Shown here one piece after another: positions 37,728-47,103 of a DNA stretch of 64,000 nucleotides (within the stretch, counting starts at the first letter, position 1; every line of letters starts with the position of its first letter). Below the pieces are notes generated by a model, which saw only the letters and a program-made list of their open reading frames with translations, was not told where the DNA came from and did no database searches. The stretch is from an uncultured delta proteobacterium (GTDB taxonomy: Bacteria; Myxococcota_A; Polyangia; Fen-1088). The DNA lies in NCBI GenBank assembly GCA_963755125.1, contig CAVWIP010000018.1, positions 227,010 through 291,009 of the forward strand, read 5' to 3'. Made by a program: the position numbers and the translations under genes.

Positions 37728-39890
37728 CTAAGATGTCTGCGGCTCGGCCGTGGGGGTCTTCTCGGCGCTTGGCTTCTCGCCTTTGCCGTTGCCGTCCGGC
37801 TTGCCGTTGCTTTCGCCATTGCCGTTGCTCGCCGGCGCGACGCGCGCGGCCTCGGCCTCGCGTGCTTCAGCGCGACGCTTTTCGCGCAGTCGCTTGAGCC
37901 CACCCGAAAGGATCTCGCCGATCAGTGAGCGGTAATCGATGTTGGCGGCCTTGGCGATGAGACACAGATCCGAGTAATCAGGCGTCAGGCCCGGCAGCGG
38001 GTTCACTTCAAGCACATAGAAGTTGCCCCCCTCGTCCATGCGCAGATCCACACGCGCCACGTCCCGGCAGTCAAGCGCCTCGAACGTGTCACGGGCGACC
38101 CTCTCAATGGCCTTGACCTCACCCGGTGAGAGTTGGGCAGGACACTGGTAGTAAACGTGCTTCTCCCATTCCTGCTTGATCTGGTAGTCGTACACGGGCC
38201 GCGGGTTGTTCTTGTCGAGGAAAAGAATCTCCATGGCCGGCAACACGCGCGGTCGCTTGTCTCCCAGCAGTCCCACGGTGAATTCGCGACCGGCGACATA
38301 GTGTTCAACCAGGGCGGGCTGGCGATACTTCTCCAGCAAATCCCGCACCACGGCCCGCAGCGACACCTCGTCATCCACCACCGAGGCATGGGCGCTCACG
38401 CCCTTGGACGAACCTTCCTGGTTCGGCTTGACGATGAGCGGAAAGACCAATTTGGGCGACAGGCGCTCGCGTCCGGTTTCCATCAACTGGAACTCAGGCG
38501 TGAGGATCCCGTGCTGGCGCAACACCTTCTTGGACAGGGCCTTGTCGAGCGCGATGGACAGCGTAGCCGCATCCGATCCGGTGTAAGGGATGCCCATCAA
38601 CTCGCACAGCGCGGGCACCGCGGCCTCGCGGTTGCGACCCTCGACCCCTTCGGCGATGTTGAAGACCAGGTCCACCGGCGAGTCCGTGAGCTGGCGTGGC
38701 AATTCGGCGGTGGCCTCGAGCGGCAGCACCACGTGGCCGTAGCTCTCAAGCGCCTGGCTGATGGCCTCGATGGTCTGAGGCGCATCATACTCGGCCTCGG
38801 CGTCATCGCCGCCCTTGGAGTCGACGCGCTTCATGTTGTGGGTAAAACCGATGCGCAGAGGTTCGGGCGCGCGCCGACGCCGACCGACCTGGGGAACCGT
38901 CAGTCCCTGCCGTCGCGCCGCACTGGCCACCACCGCGCCCAGCACCGCCTGATAGTCGAGCCCCTCGCGCGCCGCCGCGGCGAAGGTGCTGGACCCGCGT
39001 TCCAGCGACGGCAGAGCGTTGACCTCGAGCAAGTAAATGCGGCCGTCGTCGCCCAGTCGAAAATCCACGCGGCCCAAGTCGCGCACGCCCAAGGTGCGGA
39101 CGGCGAGCTTGCAGATGGCGCGCAGACGGGCCATCACGTCGCGCTGCAAATCGGGTGGACAGCGCACGGCCACCCGGCTGGCCTCGGCGGACTTGAGCCG
39201 GTAGTCGTAGATGTTGAAGCGGCTGCGCGCCGACGGGTCGATGACGTAGTCGACCGGCAGCAGCACGCCTTCATCACCCGCGCCTTCCAGAAAGGGAACC
39301 GTGACGTCCGTGCCCGCGACGAATTCCTCGACGATCACACCGGCGGGATAGCGGCGCAGGGCACGCGGCACCATGTCAGCCAGAGCGCGCGGATCGCGGG
39401 CCACCGCCTCGTCACCGATACCCTTGGAAGATCCCTCGTAGTTGGGCTTGACCAGAACCGGATAGGCCAAGCCCAGCATGCCGATATCGCGGCCGCGTTG
39501 TACATCGTCAGGCACTACCAGCCGGGCCCGCGGCGTGTCGATTCCCTGAGCACCCAGGACCAGCTTGGTCATCCACTTGTCGAGGGTGACGGTCATCACG
39601 TAGGCATCTGAGCCGGTGTAGGGGAAACCCAGTTCCTCGAACAACGCCGGGTAGAAAGCCTCGCGCGTGCGGCCGCGCCGGCCCTCGGCGGTGTTGAAGA
39701 TGAGGTCGGGCCCGTACGATTCCAGACGCGCCGCCAGGTGCGAGGCTGGTCCGGTGACTTCGATCTTTTCGACCTCGTGCCCGCCGGCGCGCAAGCCCTC
39801 GGCAAGGGCGTCGACGGTCTCTGCTGTGTCGAACTCGGCTTCGTCCTCGCTATCCGTGAGACGAAGGTTGTGGGTAAATGCGATCTTCAC
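37728..39890 (-). CDS. Tandem two-domain D-Ala-D-Ala ligase-like ATP-grasp protein
   Basis: Two complete modules, each with 'AE(F/Y)D...T', 'FN.AEG', 'PYTGSDA', 'KPN.EGSSKG', 'LEVN.LP'. Confidence 0.9.
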   Translation of the reverse strand: MKIAFTHNLRLTDSEDEAEFDTAETVDALAEGLRAGGHEVEKIEVTGPASHLAARLESYGPDLIFNTAEGRRGRTREAFYPALFEELGFPYTGSDAYVMTVTLDKWMTKLVLGAQGIDTPRARLVVPDDVQRGRDIGMLGLAYPVLVKPNYEGSSKGIGDEAVARDPRALADMVPRALRRYPAGVIVEEFVAGTDVTVPFLEGAGDEGVLLPVDYVIDPSARSRFNIYDYRLKSAEASRVAVRCPPDLQRDVMARLRAICKLAVRTLGVRDLGRVDFRLGDDGRIYLLEVNALPSLERGSSTFAAAAREGLDYQAVLGAVVASAARRQGLTVPQVGRRRRAPEPLRIGFTHNMKRVDSKGGDDAEAEYDAPQTIEAISQALESYGHVVLPLEATAELPRQLTDSPVDLVFNIAEGVEGRNREAAVPALCELMGIPYTGSDAATLSIALDKALSKKVLRQHGILTPEFQLMETGRERLSPKLVFPLIVKPNQEGSSKGVSAHASVVDDEVSLRAVVRDLLEKYRQPALVEHYVAGREFTVGLLGDKRPRVLPAMEILFLDKNNPRPVYDYQIKQEWEKHVYYQCPAQLSPGEVKAIERVARDTFEALDCRDVARVDLRMDEGGNFYVLEVNPLPGLTPDYSDLCLIAKAANIDYRSLIGEILSGGLKRLREKRRAEAREAEAARVAPASNGNGESNGKPDGNGKGEKPSAEKTPTAEPQTS

Positions 39891-39960
39891 GTCGTCGTCG
39901 CCACCCGCTGTCGATCGGATGTCTTGGCGCTGGAGTAGAACAAAGTCGACTGGCCTACGT

Positions 39961-40047
39961 CAACATCAACATGGGAACCCTCAAAGGGTTCCCATGCCCT
40001 CCCGCGATGGTACGCGGCGAGCGAAGCTCGCCGGCTCCCCACGCGAT
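39961..40047 (+). repeat. 87-bp double-hairpin repeat element, intergenic copy
   Basis: Stem 1 ATGGGAACCCT-CAA-AGGGTTCCCAT; stem 2 CGGCGAGC-GAA-GCTCGCCG; 74/87 identical, ungapped, to 57257-57343 (manual alignment). Confidence 0.9.
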
Positions 40048-40063
40048 CAACCGAAGGAAAACA

Positions 40064-41869
40064 CTACCCAAGCAGAATCCCGCCCCGGCTGCGAAGCGCG
40101 CCGGCCACCTTCTCGGCCAAGGCCTTGAGATCTTCGCTGGGGCGCGCCAGATAGCCATCCACGCCCGCCTCGAACGCCTCCTTGACCGTTTCATATGAAG
40201 GATAGGCGGTGTAAAGCACGGATGCGCAGTGGGGCAGCAGGCGCTGTGCCTGTTCGATGACACGCAAGCCGGACATGCCGGGGAGGTTCCGGTCGGCGAG
40301 CACCACGTCGTAGCGTTGGTTCTGAATAAGGGCCAGCGCCTCGTCGCCGTTGGCCGCTGCCGTCACGTTGAAGGTGCGGCCCAGGAAGTCGGCGATCAAC
40401 TGGCGCCGCGGGCCTTCCATCTCCACCACCAGCACGCGGCCCTTCTCGCCCCGGCGGGCCTTGTCGACCTTCGAGCTGGCCTGCGCGCGCGCGAGCTGTT
40501 CATCGCGGCGCGAGAGCGCGCGGCGGATGCGGAAGCGCAGCGCCTCCACGTCGCGGATTGGCTTCTCGATGTAGTCCTGCGCGCCGATGTCCAGGGCTTC
40601 CACCGCCGAATCGTAGGACGAATATCCGGTTATCATCACCACGGCGGGCTGGGGATCGAGCGTGCGCGCCACGCGCAGGACCTCCAGGCCCGATGCCCCC
40701 GGCAGGTTCTTGTCGGTCAGCACCAGATCGAACCGCCGCCTCTGCATCAGGTCGATGGCCTCTTCCGCCGAAGCAGCGGTGGTCACGCGATAGCCGCCTC
40801 GCCGCAAGATCTCGCGCAATACGGTCAGCACCACGACTTCATCATCGACCACCAGTACTTCGTGAGCCGACGGGACTACGGCTCCGCCCTCGGTGGCAGC
40901 GGTGTCGGCGATCAGCTTCGCGTCCACGTCCGGCGGTGCCGCTGGGGTCGAGCCCGCACTCGCCGCCTGGTCCATGACCCCGAAACGCGCCAGCGTCTCC
41001 ACCAACTGGCGGCCCATCACCTCGGCACGGCGACGGCTCGCCGTGCTGGCCACGATGCGACCGATCTCCCCCATCCGGGACCGGCCGAGATAGGCGCGCA
41101 CGCCCCCATAGACCGCTGCTCCCAGCCGTTCGGAGTCTGGGGTCGCGTCGACAACCACGACCGCCGCGCCCGCGGCTCGGCTGCGGGCCTCGCGCAAGCG
41201 CGTTTCCATCCGATCTTCCGCTGCAACCGCGACCACCACCACGTCAGGCGAGGTCGCAACGGCCCCGCCCCCCACGAGCTTGGCCAGCTCCGCGTCGCCC
41301 ATGACCATGATCGACGGCTGACGCTGCCGCTCGCTCAGTGCGGCCGCCAGTGCGCTGGCCAGGGCCGGCTCGTTCGCCTCCAGCGCCACGCTATGGGTGT
41401 GGACGGCGTTCCCCAGCAGCAGTTCGCGCGTGCGACCTCGCCGGCACGAGGCCAGCCAGCGGAGATGAGCGCGAAGGAGTGCGTCGCTAGCCGGCAGGGG
41501 CCGCGTGAGCAGCGCTGCGACCTCACGCTCGTAGAAATCGGAGCAGCGCTCGGGATCGCCCTTGAGGACCAACACCACGTCGGAGAAGGGCCGCAGTTCG
41601 CGCGCCGTGGCGAAGGGATCCCGTTCCCCATTCGCACCTTCCGCATCCAGCACCGCCAGTTCGAATGGCTCCTGGCCCAGGCGGTCAAGGGCCTGCTCGA
41701 CGGAAGGCAATTCCACCACGACGCCCTCGGCCGAAAGAGCGGCCACCACGCGCGCCCGTTCGCCGGCGTCAGCAAGCCCGACCAAGAAGGATTCCTGTGC
41801 GAGTCGAGCAGCGCTGCGTAGCGAAGCAAACAATCCTGCTGAGCCCGGGCCCGGCATGGTCGGGGCCAT
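40064..41869 (-). CDS. Multi-receiver-domain response regulator
   Basis: Canonical REC 'VLVVDDE...DLVLTDKNLPG...ITGY...KP', a second C-terminal REC 'DVVLADRNLPG', degenerate N-terminal REC-like regions. Confidence 0.85.
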   Translation of the reverse strand: MAPTMPGPGSAGLFASLRSAARLAQESFLVGLADAGERARVVAALSAEGVVVELPSVEQALDRLGQEPFELAVLDAEGANGERDPFATARELRPFSDVVLVLKGDPERCSDFYEREVAALLTRPLPASDALLRAHLRWLASCRRGRTRELLLGNAVHTHSVALEANEPALASALAAALSERQRQPSIMVMGDAELAKLVGGGAVATSPDVVVVAVAAEDRMETRLREARSRAAGAAVVVVDATPDSERLGAAVYGGVRAYLGRSRMGEIGRIVASTASRRRAEVMGRQLVETLARFGVMDQAASAGSTPAAPPDVDAKLIADTAATEGGAVVPSAHEVLVVDDEVVVLTVLREILRRGGYRVTTAASAEEAIDLMQRRRFDLVLTDKNLPGASGLEVLRVARTLDPQPAVVMITGYSSYDSAVEALDIGAQDYIEKPIRDVEALRFRIRRALSRRDEQLARAQASSKVDKARRGEKGRVLVVEMEGPRRQLIADFLGRTFNVTAAANGDEALALIQNQRYDVVLADRNLPGMSGLRVIEQAQRLLPHCASVLYTAYPSYETVKEAFEAGVDGYLARPSEDLKALAEKVAGALRSRGGILLG

Positions 41870-41920
41870 TGTACGTCAGGCGGGCCCAAAGTCGTCATGG
41901 AGATTGCACTTCCAGGAAGC

Positions 41921-41935
41921 TGGCACCAATCTTGT
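41921..41935 (+). promoter_or_regulatory. Possible sigma54 promoter
   Basis: TGGCAC-CAATC-TTGT; perfect -24 box, but -12 is GT instead of GC. Confidence 0.35.
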
Positions 41936-41976
41936 AAGTTGCGAGTATGCTAATTGCCCAGTTCAAGGAGTGTGTC

Positions 41977-42837
41977 ATGGAACCTATCGGCCCGAATCGG
42001 ATGTTGAGGCGAACTTCCGTCGTCGCGACCGCGATGTTCGCCGTGATTAGCTTTCACACTGCGGTCCTCGCGCAACAGAGCCGGGCGCCTGATGCGCCTC
42101 CCGCTGCGGCGGCCGAAGCGGCTCCGCCCGCCGCGCCCACGCCGCCACCGGGAGCCGAGGCTGTGCCCGCTCCTCCACCTGCCCCTGAAGCTGCGCCCGC
42201 ACCGCCGCCAGGCTACGGCCCGCCGCCAGGCTACGGCCCGCCGCCAGGCTATGGCTATCGATACCGCTACGGATACCAACCCAGCTACTATCCGCCAGCG
42301 CCGCCCCCGTACGCGAGCCCGATGCGTTCGACCTACCGCCCCTTCATGCTCGGCTTCGGGCTGGGCGTAAGCAGCCTTTCGCTCAGCGCGGCGGACGGTT
42401 CGGCCCACGAGGCGGGCCTCTCGTACGCGCTTCATCTGGGCTTCGGAATCACCCCGCGCTGGATGGTGCTGCTGGCCATCGATGGGGCATGGGCACAGTT
42501 CTCCGGTGGCTCCAATTCCTACTTCAACGCAAGGACGAGCTTCGCGCAGACGACTTACACTGCGGGGGCTCAGTTCTTCATGCTGCCCTGGCTCTACTCG
42601 CGGCTTGGCCTCGGCATGGGTTGCATCGACTGGAGCAACGACTATGGCGACGGGTCGGACTGCAGGGGCATAGCTGGCGCCGCCGGGGTCGGAGCCGAGT
42701 TCCTGCAAACCCGCAGCACATCGCTGGCGGCTGAGGTGGCGGCCACTCTTGCGGAATACCCCGAGTCAGCGTCGATCAACGAGCGCAACGATGTGTGGTA
42801 CAGCATCGGCGTCAACCTGCTGCTCAATCTCTACTAG
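41977..42837 (+). CDS. Secreted Pro-rich protein with C-terminal small beta-barrel-like domain
   Basis: RBS AAGGAG; signal peptide; P/A/Y/G-rich region; amphipathic strands ending 'GVNLLLNLY'. Confidence 0.65.
   Translation: MEPIGPNRMLRRTSVVATAMFAVISFHTAVLAQQSRAPDAPPAAAAEAAPPAAPTPPPGAEAVPAPPPAPEAAPAPPPGYGPPPGYGPPPGYGYRYRYGYQPSYYPPAPPPYASPMRSTYRPFMLGFGLGVSSLSLSAADGSAHEAGLSYALHLGFGITPRWMVLLAIDGAWAQFSGGSNSYFNARTSFAQTTYTAGAQFFMLPWLYSRLGLGMGCIDWSNDYGDGSDCRGIAGAAGVGAEFLQTRSTSLAAEVAATLAEYPESASINERNDVWYSIGVNLLLNLY
42202..42255 (+). repeat. Coding tandem repeat, 3 x 18 bp (PPPGYG)
   Basis: CCGCCGCCAGGCTACGGC x3; last copy has C>T. Confidence 0.9.
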
Positions 42838-42848
42838 CTCGACCTCGC

Positions 42849-44159
42849 TTGCCCGCGGGCTATCAAAACCGGAAGCAACGCCGGCCGCTGTGTGCGCTGG
42901 GGCTCTTCCTGATCAACGTCGTCGGGTGCGCTCACGCGCCACCTGCGGGCTGCGGATCCGACAACGACTGCAAGCTGGCGCGCGTCTGTGAGGCGGGCCA
43001 GTGCATCTGGCCCAAGGCGCCGGCGGCGGTTTCCTGCGCGGCGCCCCCTGTCGCGACCGGCGCGGTCCCCATTGCCGTGGGACCGCCCGCGCAAGCCATG
43101 TTCCGCTTCGAGCCCCAGCACCGGGGCCGCTCACCCTACCGGCTGCCAGCCCAGAAGCCGGAGATTCGCTGGGCCTTCGAGACCGCCGGGCCCATCACGT
43201 CGTCGCCGGCGCTCTCGTCCGACGGCCTGGTCTTCGTGGGCAGCCACGATGGTCGGTTGCACGTCATCGATCGGCAGGGCAAGCTGCGCTGGTCGTTTGC
43301 CACCGGTGACCTGATCTTCAGCTCACCGGCTCTCTCCGCTTCCGGGGCGATCTACGTTGGATCGGACGACGACTTCTTGTACGCGCTCGACGGCAAGAAC
43401 GGCAAGCCGCTGTGGAAGATGCGCGCGGGAAACTGCGCGCAGACGCTGGGGGTAGGTCCCGATGCAAGCCGGTGCGATGTGGATGGCGGGCCCACCATCG
43501 GCCTCGACGGAACCATCTATTTCGGGGGCGACGCGGTCTATGCCGTCAACCCCAACGGGGATCTACGCTGGCGCTTCGCCACCGGTGGGCATGTCTCCGC
43601 CGCGCCCGCGGTGACCCCCGACGGAACCGTGGTCGCGGGGAGCCTGGACAACAACCTCTACGCCATCAACAAGGACGGGACCAAGCGGTGGGACTTCCGC
43701 GCACGCGGCGATGTGGAGTCCAGCCCGGCCATCGAGGAAGACGGAACCATCTACTTCGGATCCGATGACAACAAGCTGTACGCCATAAGCCCCTTGGGCC
43801 AGATCGTGTGGGCCTTCTCCACCGGCGACGACATCCGCGCGGCTCCCACCATTGGCCGCGACGGGACGGTGTACGTGGGCTCGTTCGATGGCCTGTTCTA
43901 TGCGGTTCATCGCGACGGCACCCCGGCCTGGACCTTCCGCACCGGCGATCGCATCCTTTCGTCCGCCCTGGTGGACGCGGCCGGCGCCATCCTGTTCGGA
44001 TCCCAAGACGACCGCCTGTACTGTCTGGAACCCGACGGAAAGTTGCGCTGGTCGGTGGAGTTGGGTGGCGACGTGGACAGCTCGCCCATCCTCGCCGCGG
44101 ACGGGACCGTCTACGTGGGCAGCGACGACAAGAATCTGTATGCCCTGCACGCCCCGTAG
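42849..44159 (+). CDS. PQQ-like beta-propeller repeat lipoprotein
   Basis: Lipobox-like 'VVGC'; about 8 repeats 'SSPA...DGT.Y.GS.D..LYA...DG...W.F.T'. Start uncertain. Confidence 0.85.
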   Translation: MPAGYQNRKQRRPLCALGLFLINVVGCAHAPPAGCGSDNDCKLARVCEAGQCIWPKAPAAVSCAAPPVATGAVPIAVGPPAQAMFRFEPQHRGRSPYRLPAQKPEIRWAFETAGPITSSPALSSDGLVFVGSHDGRLHVIDRQGKLRWSFATGDLIFSSPALSASGAIYVGSDDDFLYALDGKNGKPLWKMRAGNCAQTLGVGPDASRCDVDGGPTIGLDGTIYFGGDAVYAVNPNGDLRWRFATGGHVSAAPAVTPDGTVVAGSLDNNLYAINKDGTKRWDFRARGDVESSPAIEEDGTIYFGSDDNKLYAISPLGQIVWAFSTGDDIRAAPTIGRDGTVYVGSFDGLFYAVHRDGTPAWTFRTGDRILSSALVDAAGAILFGSQDDRLYCLEPDGKLRWSVELGGDVDSSPILAADGTVYVGSDDKNLYALHAP

Positions 44160-44216
44160 AAGCCAAATTGGAACTCCGCCCATCGGCGGCGGGCGCGTGT
44201 ATGCTGTGCCAGCAAA

Positions 44217-46346
44217 ATGAACATAGAGAATAACCGTCCCGCACTGCGCGTGGTCACGGGGCGAATCAAGGTGCATCCCGACGGCTACGGGTTCGTCGTG
44301 CCGGAAGACGGGTCAGAGGACGTTCACATCAACCGGCGCAGCCGCGATACCGCCATGGACAGCGATCGGGTGGAGGTTGAGTGGTGGGTGGGACCGCGCG
44401 GACTGGAGGGCCGGGTCACCCGCGTGATCGAGCGTGGACGTGGCAAGATCACGGGACAGATCGTGGCGGCCGGCCCCACCTTACGCTTCCAGCCCGACGA
44501 TCCGCGCATCACCGAGCCGGTGGTTCTGCGCGGCGGCGGCGCGCCGCCACGTCCGGGCATGGCCGTGCTGGCCGAGATCGCCGCTTACCCCGCCCAGGCA
44601 GGCGCCCCGCTGGAAGTCACGCTGCTCAAGCTGCTGGGTCCGCCCGAGGATCCGCTCACCGAGGTGGAGAAGATACTGGCCTGCGCCGATATCTCGGACG
44701 AATTTCCCGCCGAGGTGGCGCACGCCGCGGAGCAGATGCCGCGCACCGTGGAGGACGCTGACCGGCGCGATCGCGCAGATCTGCGTGACATCCCGTTCAT
44801 GACCATCGACCCGGAGACAGCGCGCGATTTCGACGATGCCGTGGCCCTGCAGGCGCTGCCCGGCGGCGGCCACCGCGTCTGGGTGGCGGTGGCGGACGTC
44901 TCGCACTACCTGCGCGAGGACAACGCGATCGACCGCGAAGCGCGCAGCCGCGGCTGCAGCCTGTATCTTCCCAATCGCGCCATCCCCATGTTGCCCGAGA
45001 CGCTCTCCGGCAACATCTGTTCGCTGCTGGCCGGGCAGGATCGCCTCGCCATGGTGGTACGCATCGATTTCGACAGCAACCTCGGCGTGCGGGACAAGGA
45101 TTTCTGCGCAGCCGTGATCCATTCGCGCGCACGCCTGGACTATCCCGGGGTGGCCGCGGCCCTGGCCGGCAAAGCGCAGGGCAAGCACAAGAAGTACGAG
45201 CCATTCCTGCCGGTCCTGCGCGGGCTGGATGCGCTCGCGCGCAGGTTGCGGGTGCGGCGCCAGCAGCGCGGCGCCCTGGACCTGGATCTGCCGCAAGTGG
45301 TGGTGGAACTGGACCGCGACGATCCCGGGCTGGTGCGCGACATCCGGCGCGCGCGGGGCGATCCGGGCGAGCGCCACGCCTACGCCATGATCGAGGAGTT
45401 CATGCTGGCTGCCAACCTGGCGGTGGGCGAAAGCTTCCAAGAGCGCGACGAGCCCACCCTGTGGCGCATCCATCCCGCGCCCGACGCCGAGAAGATGCAC
45501 AACTTCTCGGCCATGGCCGAGCGCTACGGCCTGCGCGTCGACGAGGATGAGGCGCGCACACCCTCGGGCCTGGCCGCCGTGCTCAAGCGGCTGCAGGGCC
45601 ATCCGGCGGAGAAAGCCCTCTCCTTCCAGCTCCTGCGCTCGCTCAAGCAGGCCACCTATGACGGGACCAACGTGGGCCACTTCGGCCTCGCCGCGACGGC
45701 CTACTTGCACTTCACCTCGCCCATCCGTCGCTATCCCGACGTGGTGGTACACCGCTTGCTCAAGCGGCGGCTGGCCAGCCTGGGCAAGCCCGCCGGGGGA
45801 TTTCCGCCGCTCTCGCAAGGCCCGACCGCTTCCCCCGAGGAACTGCGGAAGGTCGCCACTGAATCGTCCTTCGCCGAACGCAAGGCCATGGAAGTGGAAC
45901 GTGAGGTGGTCGACCTGTACCGCTCCTTCTTCATGCGCGACCGCGTGGGCGACGTGCTCGACGGCACCATCTCCGGGATCGCCAGTTTCGGAGCGTTCGT
46001 GGCGGCGGACCAGCCTTTCGTCGAGGGGCTAGTGCGCACCGAACATCTTCTCCCCGACGATTTTTACGACTACGACGAGGTGGCGTGTCGCCTGGTGGGC
46101 CGGCGATCGGGCCGGACTTTCTCGCTCGGCGACCCGGTCAAGGTCGAGGTCTTGTCCGCCAGTGTCGCGCGTCGGCAGGTCGACATGCGGCTGCACGGCG
46201 ATGGAGCGCGGCCACCCCGCGAGCATCGAGGGCAAGGCCAACGTCCGGCGAAGAGCAGACATCCGCAGGGAAAGCGTCCCGGCAAGGCGGCGACGGCCCG
46301 AGCGCCGAGCCGGGGGTCAGGCCGGGCCGGCAAGAGGCGGCGATAG
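44217..46346 (+). CDS. rnr: Ribonuclease R (RNB family)
   Basis: 'HPDGYGFV' cold-shock domain; 'TIDPETARDFDDAV'; 'IEEFMLAAN'; 'HFTSPIRRYPD'; S1 domain; basic tail. Confidence 0.95.
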   Translation: MNIENNRPALRVVTGRIKVHPDGYGFVVPEDGSEDVHINRRSRDTAMDSDRVEVEWWVGPRGLEGRVTRVIERGRGKITGQIVAAGPTLRFQPDDPRITEPVVLRGGGAPPRPGMAVLAEIAAYPAQAGAPLEVTLLKLLGPPEDPLTEVEKILACADISDEFPAEVAHAAEQMPRTVEDADRRDRADLRDIPFMTIDPETARDFDDAVALQALPGGGHRVWVAVADVSHYLREDNAIDREARSRGCSLYLPNRAIPMLPETLSGNICSLLAGQDRLAMVVRIDFDSNLGVRDKDFCAAVIHSRARLDYPGVAAALAGKAQGKHKKYEPFLPVLRGLDALARRLRVRRQQRGALDLDLPQVVVELDRDDPGLVRDIRRARGDPGERHAYAMIEEFMLAANLAVGESFQERDEPTLWRIHPAPDAEKMHNFSAMAERYGLRVDEDEARTPSGLAAVLKRLQGHPAEKALSFQLLRSLKQATYDGTNVGHFGLAATAYLHFTSPIRRYPDVVVHRLLKRRLASLGKPAGGFPPLSQGPTASPEELRKVATESSFAERKAMEVEREVVDLYRSFFMRDRVGDVLDGTISGIASFGAFVAADQPFVEGLVRTEHLLPDDFYDYDEVACRLVGRRSGRTFSLGDPVKVEVLSASVARRQVDMRLHGDGARPPREHRGQGQRPAKSRHPQGKRPGKAATARAPSRGSGRAGKRRR

Positions 46347-46349
46347 ACC

Positions 46350-47094
46350 GTGAGCGGCTGGCGCCGTCCGCCGGCTGATCTTCCGGCGCGCGAGAATCAT
46401 CGAATCCTGGCTACCGCGCGCTTTCGCGGCAGCGCCTCGCCGCCCGCCCCCTGACAGCCCGTCGGTGCGCGTGACTCTCTCAGGCCCGGGCGGTGGCAAA
46501 TGGGATCTTTGCGCCACCGACGAAGCTCTCATCGTGAAACCTCGCGAGCCGCACGTGGCGTACCATCGCGGGAATGCATGGGAACCCTTTGATGGTTCCC
46601 ATGATCGCGTAGGCGCAGGCGGGCTTTGCCCGCCGGAGCCAGAGCGCGGGAGGGTTTGGGAACCCTCCCAGGGTTCCCATGATTGTGACGTCTGGCTCCG
46701 GCAGAGCGTCGCGGATTTTCTGGCCCTGTTTCGCGAGGAGCCCGACCTTCCCCCTCTCTTGCCGCTGGACACTGGCGTGATGGATCTGTTGTGCGTCGAT
46801 GAGGGAAGAATCGCTCTGCTGGCGCAGATAGACGGCCGCATCAGCGTCGAGATCCAGGGGCACCGCCGGCGGCGCTGGACCCTCGACGTGGCATTCGGCC
46901 CCTCGGGTATGCGCGCTGGCCGTCCACGTTCCACCGTGCGCGTGGACAGCCGTACCTGCGAGGAACTGTCGAACGGCACGCTCGCCGCCTTGCAGGCGTT
47001 GCTCACCGGGCGATTGCAGATCGAGGGCGACCGCGCCCTGGTCATGCAGGTGGTGATGCTGGTGGGCTCGGTCCGCCGGGACCACGCCTGGTAG
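46350..47094 (+). pseudogene. SCP2 sterol-binding domain protein with apparent +1 frameshift near 46395 and in-frame repeat insertion
   Basis: C-terminal SCP2 'QALLTGRLQIEGD'. Removing one A at 46395 joins GTG 46350 'MSGWRRPPADLPARE' to 'IIESWLPRAF...VRVTLSGPGGGKWDL'. May instead be a sequencing error. Confidence 0.6.
46558..46680 (-). repeat. Tandem pair of the double-hairpin element (one full, one truncated) inside the SCP2 gene
   Basis: Minus strand: ATGGGAACCCTGGGAGGGTTCCCAAACCCTCCCGCG...GGCGGGC-AAA-GCCCGCC...ACGCGAT, then ATGGGAACCATCAAAGGGTTCCCATGCATTCCCGCGATGGTACGC; unit spacing 78 bp. Confidence 0.88.
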
Positions 47095-47103
47095 ACGCGC
47101 GTC

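Noticed and set aside
45783..45805. GCAAGCCCGCC in rnr as another repeat remnant
   Set aside because: Match is too short for GC-rich DNA and lacks the flanking ACGCGA end.
46558..46680. Tandem palindromic repeats as a mini CRISPR array
   Set aside because: Only two divergent units; the 'spacer' is itself a conserved part of a dispersed element; no cas genes or leader.
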